Shown: positions 1 through 7,492, counted from the stretch's first letter. The stretch: DNA of 12,542 bases from an uncultured bacterium (GCA_964534375.1 CAZHPN010000174.1:1-12542), one strand, 5' to 3'. Notes: generated by a model not told the origin, from the sequence alone. Made by a program: numbers and translations.

Positions 1-2
1 CG

Positions 3-449
3 GCCACGCTTTCGCGTTGCTCGGAGATCCTAAATCGACTTTGCCGTTGCCCTGCCAAGGTGCTGTACGTGGGCGATGCGGAGAATAAGCTGCTTTACCT
101 GGACCAACCTGGCCTGGATGCACTGAATTTTTTCGAATTGAAACACGGAGAATTGCCCGACATCGTTGCGTATTCCCCCGCGAAGGCATGGCTGTTCCTG
201 ATTGAGGCCGTTAATTCGTATGGCCCGATTTCCCCGATTCGCTTGGCGCGTCTGAAGGAACTGACCCAACAATGCCCGTGCGACCCGGTTTTTGTCACTG
301 CGTTTTTGACTCGCAGCGATTTTCGCAAGTTCGTTCACGAGATCGCATGGGAAACGGAAGTTTGGATCGCGGAAGATCCCGATCATCTGATTCATTTCAA
401 CGGCGAAAAGTTTCTCGGACCGTACGCCCGGGAAAAGCCCGCTTCTTGA
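3..449 (+). CDS. BsuBI/PstI-family type II restriction endonuclease, C-terminal part (5' partial or truncated)
   Basis: Frame is open from base 3 to TGA at 447-449. Motifs VLYVGD, HGELPDIVAY, WLFLIEAVNSYGP, VFVTAF and IAWETEVWIAEDPDHLIHFNGEKFLGPY are typical of the BsuBI/PstI C-terminal domain. Confidence 0.9.
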   Translation, partial: ATLSRCSEILNRLCRCPAKVLYVGDAENKLLYLDQPGLDALNFFELKHGELPDIVAYSPAKAWLFLIEAVNSYGPISPIRLARLKELTQQCPCDPVFVTAFLTRSDFRKFVHEIAWETEVWIAEDPDHLIHFNGEKFLGPYAREKPAS

Positions 450-465
450 CCCGTGAGCCTTTCGG

Positions 466-906
466 GTGGACGTATTTTCAAAAGACAAACGAAGTCAGTT
501 GATGTCCGGCATCCGAAGTTCGGGAACGCAACCGGAAGAAGTGCTCTTCGCGATGTTGCGCGAGATCCTCGGAATACGAATTAAGATCTTGCGGAATCCC
601 ACGGAATTGGCGGGGTCGCCTGATCTGTTTGTGCAACGCTATCGATTGGCAATATTCGTTCACGGCTGTTTCTGGCATTGTTGCCCGCAACATGGGCGGG
701 TTCCGGCCACGAACAAGTCGTATTGGCTGCCCAAACTTCGGGCGAATGTGCAACGCGACAGGCGCGCCGAGCGCGAATTAAGAAAACAGGGCATGCGAAT
801 ATGGCGCATTTGGGAACACGACTTGAAACCGCAAAGACAGCGCGCGACATCCGCGCGAATCGCGGCGCGGTTTCAGCGATTGCACGAAAAGACCAGTCTG
901 CCGTAA
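466..906 (+). CDS. vsr: Very short patch repair endonuclease Vsr
   Basis: GTG start. RSQLMSGIRSSGTQPE, GSPDL, FVHGCFWH, YWLPKLRANVQRD and RIWEHD match Vsr motifs. Confidence 0.93.
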   Translation: MDVFSKDKRSQLMSGIRSSGTQPEEVLFAMLREILGIRIKILRNPTELAGSPDLFVQRYRLAIFVHGCFWHCCPQHGRVPATNKSYWLPKLRANVQRDRRAERELRKQGMRIWRIWEHDLKPQRQRATSARIAARFQRLHEKTSLP

Positions 907-911
907 GAACC

Positions 912-933
912 CGGCGGCGAAACCCCGCCGCCG
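912..933 (+). terminator. GC-rich hairpin just after vsr; possible terminator
   Basis: CGGCGGCG-aaaccc-CGCCGCCG, a perfect 8-bp stem 5 nt after the stop. There is no clear U-tract. Confidence 0.4.
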
Positions 934-1000
934 TTGACTCGCCGGCGCGTCCCGATTACCCTTTGACCCTCGCCGACTCCCACTTTCCATCGAGGGGAAC

Positions 1001-1966
1001 ATGAGCAATCTGGCGGCGCTGTTGTCTCCGGACAAAATGGTCAAGCGAATCCACGGCATTCTGTTGCGTACGATCCGGCGCAAATTGCGAACCCGGCAGT
1101 TGACCGAATCCGCCTTCGAACCGATCTACATCCCGCGGACGGCGAAGCATCTGGTCGAGGTCGATCTGGCCGCCGAGCGCGACTTTCAGGCCGACATCTC
1201 GGCCGAATTCGGTGACGAATTCGCCGTCGTCGGCGAGGAAAGCCTGACCCGCGATCTGGATTTGCGGGCCGAAAAAAGAAAATGCCTGCTCGTCGACATG
1301 ATCGACGGCACGGACCTGCTGCAGCACAATTTCTCCAATTGGTGTTTCGCCGCCGTCGCCTTCGACCCCTGCGAGCCGAAAATCCTGGGGTCGTATGTCG
1401 CGTTGCCGAACGCCATGCCGCTCGAAGTGAATCGCCCGACCGACTACCTCTACTTCGCGACCGACAGTTCCGGCGTCGGCAAGAAGCCGTTGCGCGTCAA
1501 GAACAACGCGACCCTCCGCTTTCCGCCGCTGAACAAGAACCAGAAGCTGCGCCACGCGAGTATCTGCATGAACACGCAAAAGGCGCAAAACCTGCAAGCG
1601 TTTCTCGAACTGGCGAAGAACGGGAAATTCGCGGAATGGGTGGCGAAAACGGCGGCTCGCAAGGAACCGGCGTTCCGCTTTTACAACTTCGCGGGCAACC
1701 CGATGATGGTCCGGCTGGCCGACAGCAACGTGAAGAACGGCTGCGTCGACGCGGTCATCGATATCGTCGGCCAGGCGCCGCACGACGTCGTGCCCGGCGC
1801 GCTGGTCGCCCTGCGGTCCGGCGCGGTGATGAAGGATCTGGACGGCCGGAACATCACCGAAGAAATCCTCGCCGAACTGCTGCTGCAACCGGGCAAGAAC
1901 AAGCTGAAGTACGTGCTGGCCGTCGGCCCCAAACTCGCGGACGAGATCATCGACTTGCTGAACTGA
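1001..1966 (+). CDS. Inositol monophosphatase/FIG-superfamily metal-dependent phosphatase, divergent
   Basis: RBS GAGGGG before ATG. Motifs VDLAAE, VVGEES, LVDMIDGT (canonical DPIDGT) and PHDVVPGALVALRSGA (canonical WDxAAGxLIxxEAGG). Confidence 0.8.
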   Translation: MSNLAALLSPDKMVKRIHGILLRTIRRKLRTRQLTESAFEPIYIPRTAKHLVEVDLAAERDFQADISAEFGDEFAVVGEESLTRDLDLRAEKRKCLLVDMIDGTDLLQHNFSNWCFAAVAFDPCEPKILGSYVALPNAMPLEVNRPTDYLYFATDSSGVGKKPLRVKNNATLRFPPLNKNQKLRHASICMNTQKAQNLQAFLELAKNGKFAEWVAKTAARKEPAFRFYNFAGNPMMVRLADSNVKNGCVDAVIDIVGQAPHDVVPGALVALRSGAVMKDLDGRNITEEILAELLLQPGKNKLKYVLAVGPKLADEIIDLLN

Positions 1967-1973
1967 AAGCGTG

Positions 1974-2105
1974 TTGACAGGATCGACAGGATTCATTTTT
2001 TGCGATGTTTTGACAGGATCCCTAGCGTTAGTTATTAAGTTTTTTTGACAGGATCAACAGAGCCTGCCCCCGCGAAGGCGGGGGATCAACGGGATCATGA
2101 GGATC
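1974..2105 (+). repeat. Degenerate 9-mer array (GACAGGATC-like) with an internal palindromic insert
   Basis: GACAGGATC at 1976, 2012 and 2047. Variants GACAGGATT (1985), AACGGGATC (2088) and ATGAGGATC (2097). A split unit AACAG...GATC flanks 2061-2083. Confidence 0.8.
2061..2084. repeat. Short REP-like palindrome AGCCTGCCCCCGCGAAGGCGGGG(G)
   Basis: 7-bp stem CCCCCGC-gaag-GCGGGGG at 2067-2084. Confidence 0.65.
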
Positions 2106-2146
2106 AAGGCATCGTTCAATTGAAGGCCGCATTTGACGTACGACCG

Positions 2147-2195
2147 CATTGGTCGCTGTTCACGGCCCACTGTTCATTGCTCACTGTTCACGGCC
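2147..2195 (+). repeat. Heptamer tandem array (CACTGTT consensus), 7 units
   Basis: cattggt cgctgtt cacggcc cactgtt cattgct cactgtt cacggcc. Confidence 0.8.
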
Positions 2196-2203
2196 CCGCG
2201 AAA

Positions 2204-2250
2204 CCACAGCATCTTGTGTCCGGGGCGCGCGTTGCGCCTGCATCTTGTCT
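2204..2250 (+). promoter_or_regulatory. Tandem NrdR-box-like operator pair
   Basis: CCACAGCATCTTGTGT (2204-2219) and CGCCTGCATCTTGTCT (2235-2250) share GCATCTTGT at a 31-bp period and resemble the consensus acaCwAtATaTwGtgt. Confidence 0.45.
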
Positions 2251-2277
2251 TGACTTTGCCGGTCGGTCGGCTAACCT
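2250..2277 (+). promoter_or_regulatory. Putative sigma70 promoter of the ompA/FG-GAP operon
   Basis: TTGACT (2250-2255), 16-bp spacer, TAACCT (2272-2277). RBS AGGAGG lies at 2330-2335. Confidence 0.45.
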
Positions 2278-2344
2278 GAACCCGTCGAGACTGCCTTTCG
2301 GCCATCACTGACTGCGGCGGCGCCGCCGCAGGAGGCAGCGTGGA

Positions 2345-4090
2345 ATGCGCCAACGTTTGCGGGCCATGTTTGCAGTTTTGTTGGCGCTGTCGCTGGCGGC
2401 GGCGGCGTTGGCGGCGGACGGCTACAACGCCGACATCTTCTACCCGACCCCGTTCGCGGGCCGCTACCTGACGTTCGAAGACGCGCAGACGCTGCCGCAA
2501 TTCCGCTGGGCGGCCGGCGGCGTGCTCGACTACGCCAACGCGCCGGTCGAGGTGCGCACCGACAACCGGCGCTCCGGCGGCGTGCTCGACAGCGTGCTGA
2601 CTTCCACCCTGACCGGCGCGTTCAGCGTCCACGACATGCTCAATTTCGGCGCGCAGATGCCGATTTTCTGGTGGAATCGCGGGCGCTCGTTCGGCGACCT
2701 CGCCTACGGGACCGGCGCCACCGTCCGCGAAAACGCCACGTCGATGGGCGACATCCATTTTCTGGCGAAGGTGCGGGCCATCGAAGAAGGCGTCTGGCCG
2801 TTCGGGCTGGCGATCACGCCGTTCGTCACGTTCCCGACGGGCGACGCCTCGCGGCTGCTGGGCGAAGACCGCTTCACCGGCGGGCTGACGGTCACCTACG
2901 AGATCGACCTGGCGTGGTTGCGGATGGCGCTCGACGGCGGCTGGCATTATCGCGGCCCGTCGCGGGTGCTGGGGACGCGGGTGGACAACTCGTTTCCGAT
3001 CGCCGCGGGCCTGTCGCGCAACGTGATCGACCCGCTCAATCTCAGCCTCGAAGCGCACGGCGAAATCTACGATTCGAGCGACAACCGCCGCTTCGCCGGC
3101 GATCCGTTCGAGTTGGATCTCGTCGCCCGCTACAGCTACGACAAAAACCTGCGCATCTTCGGCGGCGGCGGCGCCGGCCTGACCAGCGGCGCCGGCAGCC
3201 CGGCGTTCCGCATCTTCGCCGGCGTCGATTTCCAACCCAAGCCGACCGCCGTGCCGCCGCCGAGTTCGGGCAGTCTGCGCGTGACGGTGCAGGACAAAAC
3301 CGGCAAACCGCTCGAAGCCGAGGTCGGCCTCGAGGGTCCGGAACTGCGCGTCGGCAACACGGTCGACGGCGCCTTCGCGCTGTCCGGCCTCGCGCCGGGC
3401 GACTACCAGATTCGCGTCTCGCGGCCGGATTACGAAACGGGCAAGGCCGAAGCCGCGGTGTTCGCCGGCCAGGCCGCCGCCGTCACGGTCGTGCTCGAGC
3501 CGCTGGAAACGCGGTTGACCATCGTCGCGCTCGACAAGGACAAGAACACGCGTGTCGCGGGGCGGATCATTTTCAATGCGGGCACGGCGAAAGAACGGGT
3601 TGCCGACAATCCGAGCGGCGACTACACGTTGCGCGTCGACCCTGGGCCGGTCAACTTCACCGTCGATGCGCCCGGCTACGAGGCGATCATGACCACCGCC
3701 ACGGCCGAGCCGCACGTGATGACGACGGTCACGGTCCCGCTGCGCCGGAAAATCCAGCAAATCGGCAAGATCTTCTTCGACTTCAACTCCGCCAAATTGC
3801 GGCCCGAAAGCGCGCCGACGCTGCGCGACGTCGTCCGCCAGATCAAGGAAATCAAGCCGCAACGGGTGATCATCGAGGGCCATTGCAGCGACGAGGGGAC
3901 GCACGAATACAACATGAAACTCTCGAAGGCGCGGGCCGAGTCGGTCCGCGATTTCCTCGTCAAAAACGGCGCGCCGGCGGGCGTATTCGAAGTCATGGCC
4001 TACGGCGCCGTGCGGCCGATCGCGTCGAACGAGACCGACGAGGGCCGCGAACGCAACCGGCGCGTCGAATTCATCATCGAGGGGGAATAG
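2345..4090 (+). CDS. OmpA-family outer-membrane protein: signal peptide, probable beta-barrel, two carboxypeptidase-regulatory-like beta-sandwiches, C-terminal peptidoglycan-binding OmpA domain
   Basis: Hydrophobic signal ending ALA. Alternating aromatic beta-strands. LAPGDYQIRVSRPDYE. C-terminal IFFDFNSAKL, IIEGHCS, YNMKLSKARAESV, YGAVRPIASN and GRERNRRVEF. Confidence 0.92.
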   Translation: MRQRLRAMFAVLLALSLAAAALAADGYNADIFYPTPFAGRYLTFEDAQTLPQFRWAAGGVLDYANAPVEVRTDNRRSGGVLDSVLTSTLTGAFSVHDMLNFGAQMPIFWWNRGRSFGDLAYGTGATVRENATSMGDIHFLAKVRAIEEGVWPFGLAITPFVTFPTGDASRLLGEDRFTGGLTVTYEIDLAWLRMALDGGWHYRGPSRVLGTRVDNSFPIAAGLSRNVIDPLNLSLEAHGEIYDSSDNRRFAGDPFELDLVARYSYDKNLRIFGGGGAGLTSGAGSPAFRIFAGVDFQPKPTAVPPPSSGSLRVTVQDKTGKPLEAEVGLEGPELRVGNTVDGAFALSGLAPGDYQIRVSRPDYETGKAEAAVFAGQAAAVTVVLEPLETRLTIVALDKDKNTRVAGRIIFNAGTAKERVADNPSGDYTLRVDPGPVNFTVDAPGYEAIMTTATAEPHVMTTVTVPLRRKIQQIGKIFFDFNSAKLRPESAPTLRDVVRQIKEIKPQRVIIEGHCSDEGTHEYNMKLSKARAESVRDFLVKNGAPAGVFEVMAYGAVRPIASNETDEGRERNRRVEFIIEGE

Positions 4091-4092
4091 CC

Positions 4093-6033
4093 ATGCGCGC
4101 GTTTGTCGTCGCGGGGTTGCTGCTGCTCGCGCTGACGGCGACGGCCCCGGCGACCGAATACAACCTGGCCAACGCCGGCACGGCCACGCTGCGGGCCGAC
4201 GGCCCCGCGAGCGGCGCCGACCTCGGCTGGAGCGTCGCCGTCGGCGACCTCGATGGCGACGGCAAACCTGACCTGGTCATCGGCGCGCCGAGCCTGATCG
4301 TCAGCGGCGCGCGGGCCGGCGCGGTGTACGTGCTGCTCGGCAAGAACGGCCTGACCGGCCGCGACATCGATCTCGCGACGCAGGCGGCCGACGTGACGAT
4401 CGTCGGCGACGCGGATTCCTACTTCGGCTGGAGCGTCGCGGTCGGCGCGGTGACCGGCGGCGCAACAGCGGATCTGATCGTCGGCGCCGCGCGCTCGACC
4501 GGGCCGGGCGGCGAAGCGGTGCTCGGCGCGGTCTACATTTTTCACGGGCGCGCGACCTGGCCGGCGCAACTGACCCCCGCCGACGCCGACGTGGTCATCT
4601 GGGGCGAATCGGCCGGCAGCGAATTCGGCGACGCCCTGGCGCTCGGCGATTTCAACGGCGACGGCAAGGTCGACTTGTTCGTCGGCGCGCCGGGTTTCGA
4701 GGCGGTCGGCGCGCCCTCCGCGGGCAAGGTGTATGGCTTTCTCGGCGGCGTGTTGCCCAGCGTCATCGACCTGCGCCAGCCGTCGGTGTCCGCCAACGTC
4801 GAGGTGACCGGCGAGGCCGGCGGCGACCGGCTCGGCCAAGGTTTGACACTCGGCGATTTCGACGGCGACGGCTATGCCGATCTCGCGATGGGCGCGCCGG
4901 GCGTTTCGTCGCCGCTGCCGGGCCACAAGGAAGGCTTTCCGGGCACGGTGTACGTCATTCGCGGCCGCAAGCTGACGCAGCCGCTGGCGATCGACCTTTC
5001 TTCGGCGGCGCCGGATGTGCGCATCACGTGGCCCGGCGAGTTGAACAACCTGGGCACGGCGCTGGCGGCCGGCGACCTCAACGGCGACGGCCTCGCCGAC
5101 CTGGCGATCGGCGCGGCGAACCTGCCCGATAAATCGACAGCCGGCGAGGTGTTCGTCGTGTTCGGGCAATACACGCTGCCGGCGACGGTCGATTTGTCGA
5201 CCGCCGACGTGACGATCGACGGCGGGCAGGCGGGCGAGCGGTTCGGCTACGCGTTGACGATGGGCGACGTGTCCGGCGCCTGCCTCGACGACTTGGTCAT
5301 CGGCGCGCCGAATTTCGATTCGCTGGGCGTCAGCCACGTCTACGTGATCGCGGGCGGGCGCAACCTGCCCGCGCAACTGCACATCGACCTGGCTGCTGGC
5401 GGCGAGCCGTACGACCTGATCGACGGCGCCGTCGTGGGCGACGAGGCCGGCTTTGCGTTGGCGCTGGCCGATCTGAACGGCGCCGGCGTCGAAGACTTCC
5501 TCGTCGGGGCGCCGGCGGAGAGCGTCGGCAATCCGACGCGCACCACCGCCGGTTCGGTGTTTGCGATCATCAACCAGGCGACGATTCAGCCGCCGACCGC
5601 GAACGCCGGACCGGACCGCACAACGGTCGTCAACGTGCCCGTCGCGCTCGACGGCAGCGGCAGCCACGATCCGGCCAGCGCGCCGCTGACGTACGCCTGG
5701 ACGCAGATCGCCGGCCCCGCCCAGGCCACGCTGCTGCAGGCCGGCACGGCGACGCCGCTCGCGATCGCCACCACGCCGGGCGCTTACAGCTTCCAGTTGA
5801 TCGTGGCCAATTGCGGCAAATCCAGCGCGCCCGCCGACGTCGCCGTGATGGTCAAGGCGTTTCCGGGCGGGACCGACGACGACACGACGGACGACGACGA
5901 GCAAGCCGACGACGACAACGCCGATGACGACAATGCGGATGACGACAACGCCGGACACCACCACAGCGGCGGGCCCTTCGGCTCGAGCGGCAAAGACACC
6001 GGGGTTTACGGCGGCGGCGGCTGCGCGGGGTGA
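4093..6033 (+). CDS. Secreted FG-GAP (integrin-alpha beta-propeller-like) repeat protein with PKD/K319-like domain, Asp-rich linker and C-terminal GGGGCAG
   Basis: ATG 2 nt after the ompA stop, followed by signal peptide MRAFVVAGLLLLALTATAPA. About 7 repeats of (F/L)G..(V/L)A.GD(L/F)(D/N)GDG..DL.IGAP. PTANAGPDRT...LDGSGSHDP...LTYAWTQIAGP marks the PKD-like domain. 646 aa. Confidence 0.92.
   Translation: MRAFVVAGLLLLALTATAPATEYNLANAGTATLRADGPASGADLGWSVAVGDLDGDGKPDLVIGAPSLIVSGARAGAVYVLLGKNGLTGRDIDLATQAADVTIVGDADSYFGWSVAVGAVTGGATADLIVGAARSTGPGGEAVLGAVYIFHGRATWPAQLTPADADVVIWGESAGSEFGDALALGDFNGDGKVDLFVGAPGFEAVGAPSAGKVYGFLGGVLPSVIDLRQPSVSANVEVTGEAGGDRLGQGLTLGDFDGDGYADLAMGAPGVSSPLPGHKEGFPGTVYVIRGRKLTQPLAIDLSSAAPDVRITWPGELNNLGTALAAGDLNGDGLADLAIGAANLPDKSTAGEVFVVFGQYTLPATVDLSTADVTIDGGQAGERFGYALTMGDVSGACLDDLVIGAPNFDSLGVSHVYVIAGGRNLPAQLHIDLAAGGEPYDLIDGAVVGDEAGFALALADLNGAGVEDFLVGAPAESVGNPTRTTAGSVFAIINQATIQPPTANAGPDRTTVVNVPVALDGSGSHDPASAPLTYAWTQIAGPAQATLLQAGTATPLAIATTPGAYSFQLIVANCGKSSAPADVAVMVKAFPGGTDDDTTDDDEQADDDNADDDNADDDNAGHHHSGGPFGSSGKDTGVYGGGGCAG
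5905..5949 (+). repeat. 15-bp coding tandem repeat x3 (ADDDN) in the acidic linker
   Basis: gccgacgacgacaac gccgatgacgacaat gcggatgacgacaac. Confidence 0.8.
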
Positions 6034-6037
6034 GGAG

Positions 6038-6235
6038 AGCGGTCACCTCTCCCCCTGGGAGAGGTCGCCGAGCGTAGCGAGGCGGGTGAGGGTCATGCAA
6101 AAAACCCTCGCCCCGACCCTCTCCCAACGGGAGAGCGAGAAAGCGGTCACCTCTCTCTCTGGGAGAGGTCGCCGAGCGTAGCGAGGCGGGTGAGGGTCAT
6201 GCAAAAGCCCTCACCGCGAGCCTCTCTCAGAGAGG
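6038..6235 (+). repeat. Two tandem copies (104-bp period) of a REP/REPIN-like palindromic element
   Basis: AGCGGTCACCTCTC..TGGGAGAGGTCGCCGAGCGTAGCGAGGCGGGTGAGGGTCATGCAAAA..CCCTC starts at 6038 and again at 6142, between convergent genes. Confidence 0.9.
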
Positions 6236-6302
6236 GACGGAGAAATTGACCTCTCAGCTCCGCGGCAACGCCGCGCAGCCTCTCAGTCTCCCAGCCTGTT
6301 TT

Positions 6303-6482
6303 CTAATTCTTGCGATAAACGTTGACGCCGATTTTCTTGTCTTCGGCGCCTGGAATGCTCACGTTGCCTTCCGTCGTCGCGATGATGGTCGTCTTGCCGG
6401 ACGCCGACGGGCCGAATTCTTTGGTCAAATCGATTTTGACGGTCAGAATGTTGTTGTCCACGGTCAGTTCGACGTTTTTCAT
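6303..6482 (-). CDS. 59-aa small hypothetical protein (absent from the ORF track)
   Basis: Hand translation: MKNVELTVDNNILTVKIDLTKEFGPSASGKTTIIATTEGNVSIPGAEDKKIGVNVYRKN, ending in TAG. Strong RBS AAGGAG upstream and host-like third codon positions. Confidence 0.88.
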   Translation of the reverse strand: MKNVELTVDNNILTVKIDLTKEFGPSASGKTTIIATTEGNVSIPGAEDKKIGVNVYRKN

Positions 6483-6621
6483 GTGCGCTCCTTCCGGATC
6501 ATTGTTTCAAGCAATGGGTATGTTTTCATCCCGATAAATGCGCTCAGCCCGCGTCTTCGGTGCGGACAGGCCCGCGCGATCATTAAATTCTTTGTCTGGA
6601 AACCACCGACTTGACGTGAAT

Positions 6622-7479
6622 TTATCCGGAACCTGCCGGTTTGTCAAAGCCGCCGCCCGCGGCGTAAGTCGCGGCGACGCCGGGCGCGTCGGCCGGCGGC
6701 TCGGCGGCCGGTTCGGCGCGCTTGCCGAACAGCGTCACCGACAACGCGCCCGCGATGTACAGCAGGCATAGCGGCACGGCGAGGATGAGCTGGGTGACGA
6801 TCTCCGGCGGCGACAGCACCGCGGCCGCGAGAAAGATGGCGATCACCGCGTAACGCGCGCCGCGCCAGAACGCGCGGGCCGACACCACGCCGAGTCGTCC
6901 GAGCAGGAACATCACCACCGGCAGTTCGAACGCCAGGCCGAAGGCGAACAGCAGCTTCAGCGAGAACCCGAGGAACGAACTGATTTTCATGTACGCTTCG
7001 AACGGGGCGTCGGTCTCGAACGCGCGGACCAGCACGCGAATCGCGATCGGCAAAATGCCGAAATAACCGAACAACGAGCCAGCGACGAAGACCAGCGCGG
7101 AGACCGTGGAGAACGCGAGAAAACGGACCTTTTGCCGGCGGTACAAAACCGGCGCGGCCACCCACCAAATGTGGAAAAACACATAGGGCGCCGCGGCGAT
7201 CACCCCGGCGACGGCCCCGACGACCATGTAAGAGATGATGCTTTCGGTCGGCGAGGTGAAATACAATTTGTTGTGCGGCCCCATCACGGTCAGGAAAGGC
7301 CGCTTGAGCAGTTCGATGAGCGTGCCGCTGAAATAGATGCCGATCCCGGACGTGACCAACACCGCGACGGCGCACAAAAAGAACCGCCGCCGCAAATCGG
7401 CAAAGACCGTGAACACGGCGTCGAACCGCGAGGCCGAGTCGGGCGGGCTTTCGTCTTGTTGGTGCGCGGCGTCTTCCAT
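6622..7479 (-). CDS. tatC: Twin-arginine translocase subunit TatC (atypical)
   Basis: Six hydrophobic segments. DLRRR, LYFTSPTE, APVLY, FGYFGILP, AFGLAFELP, RYAVIAIF and LSPPEIVTQLILAVPLCLLY. Confidence 0.92.
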   Translation of the reverse strand: MEDAAHQQDESPPDSASRFDAVFTVFADLRRRFFLCAVAVLVTSGIGIYFSGTLIELLKRPFLTVMGPHNKLYFTSPTESIISYMVVGAVAGVIAAAPYVFFHIWWVAAPVLYRRQKVRFLAFSTVSALVFVAGSLFGYFGILPIAIRVLVRAFETDAPFEAYMKISSFLGFSLKLLFAFGLAFELPVVMFLLGRLGVVSARAFWRGARYAVIAIFLAAAVLSPPEIVTQLILAVPLCLLYIAGALSVTLFGKRAEPAAEPPADAPGVAATYAAGGGFDKPAGSG

Positions 7480-7492
7480 CGGGGCGAACTAT

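Noticed and set aside
2671..4092. N-terminal extension of the 1120-aa ORF 2671..6033
   Set aside because: Arg-rich off-frame read-through overlapping ompA. The real start is ATG 4093, which is followed by a signal peptide.
2174..5964. Long minus-strand ORFs (2174..3904, 4000..5964; likewise 956..1996 and 11630..12418)
   Set aside because: Antisense shadows of well-supported GC-rich genes, with no motifs of their own.
6038..6235. Repeat pair as a CRISPR array
   Set aside because: Only two ~100-bp units, dispersed copies elsewhere, no unique spacers and no cas genes.
6390..6413. Walker A-like GPSASGKT in the 59-aa protein
   Set aside because: The protein is too small for a P-loop NTPase fold and has no following helix or Walker B; probably a beta-turn.
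6246..6614. Plus-strand ORFs 6246..6614 and 6322..6537
   Set aside because: Antisense to the better-supported 59-aa minus-strand gene.
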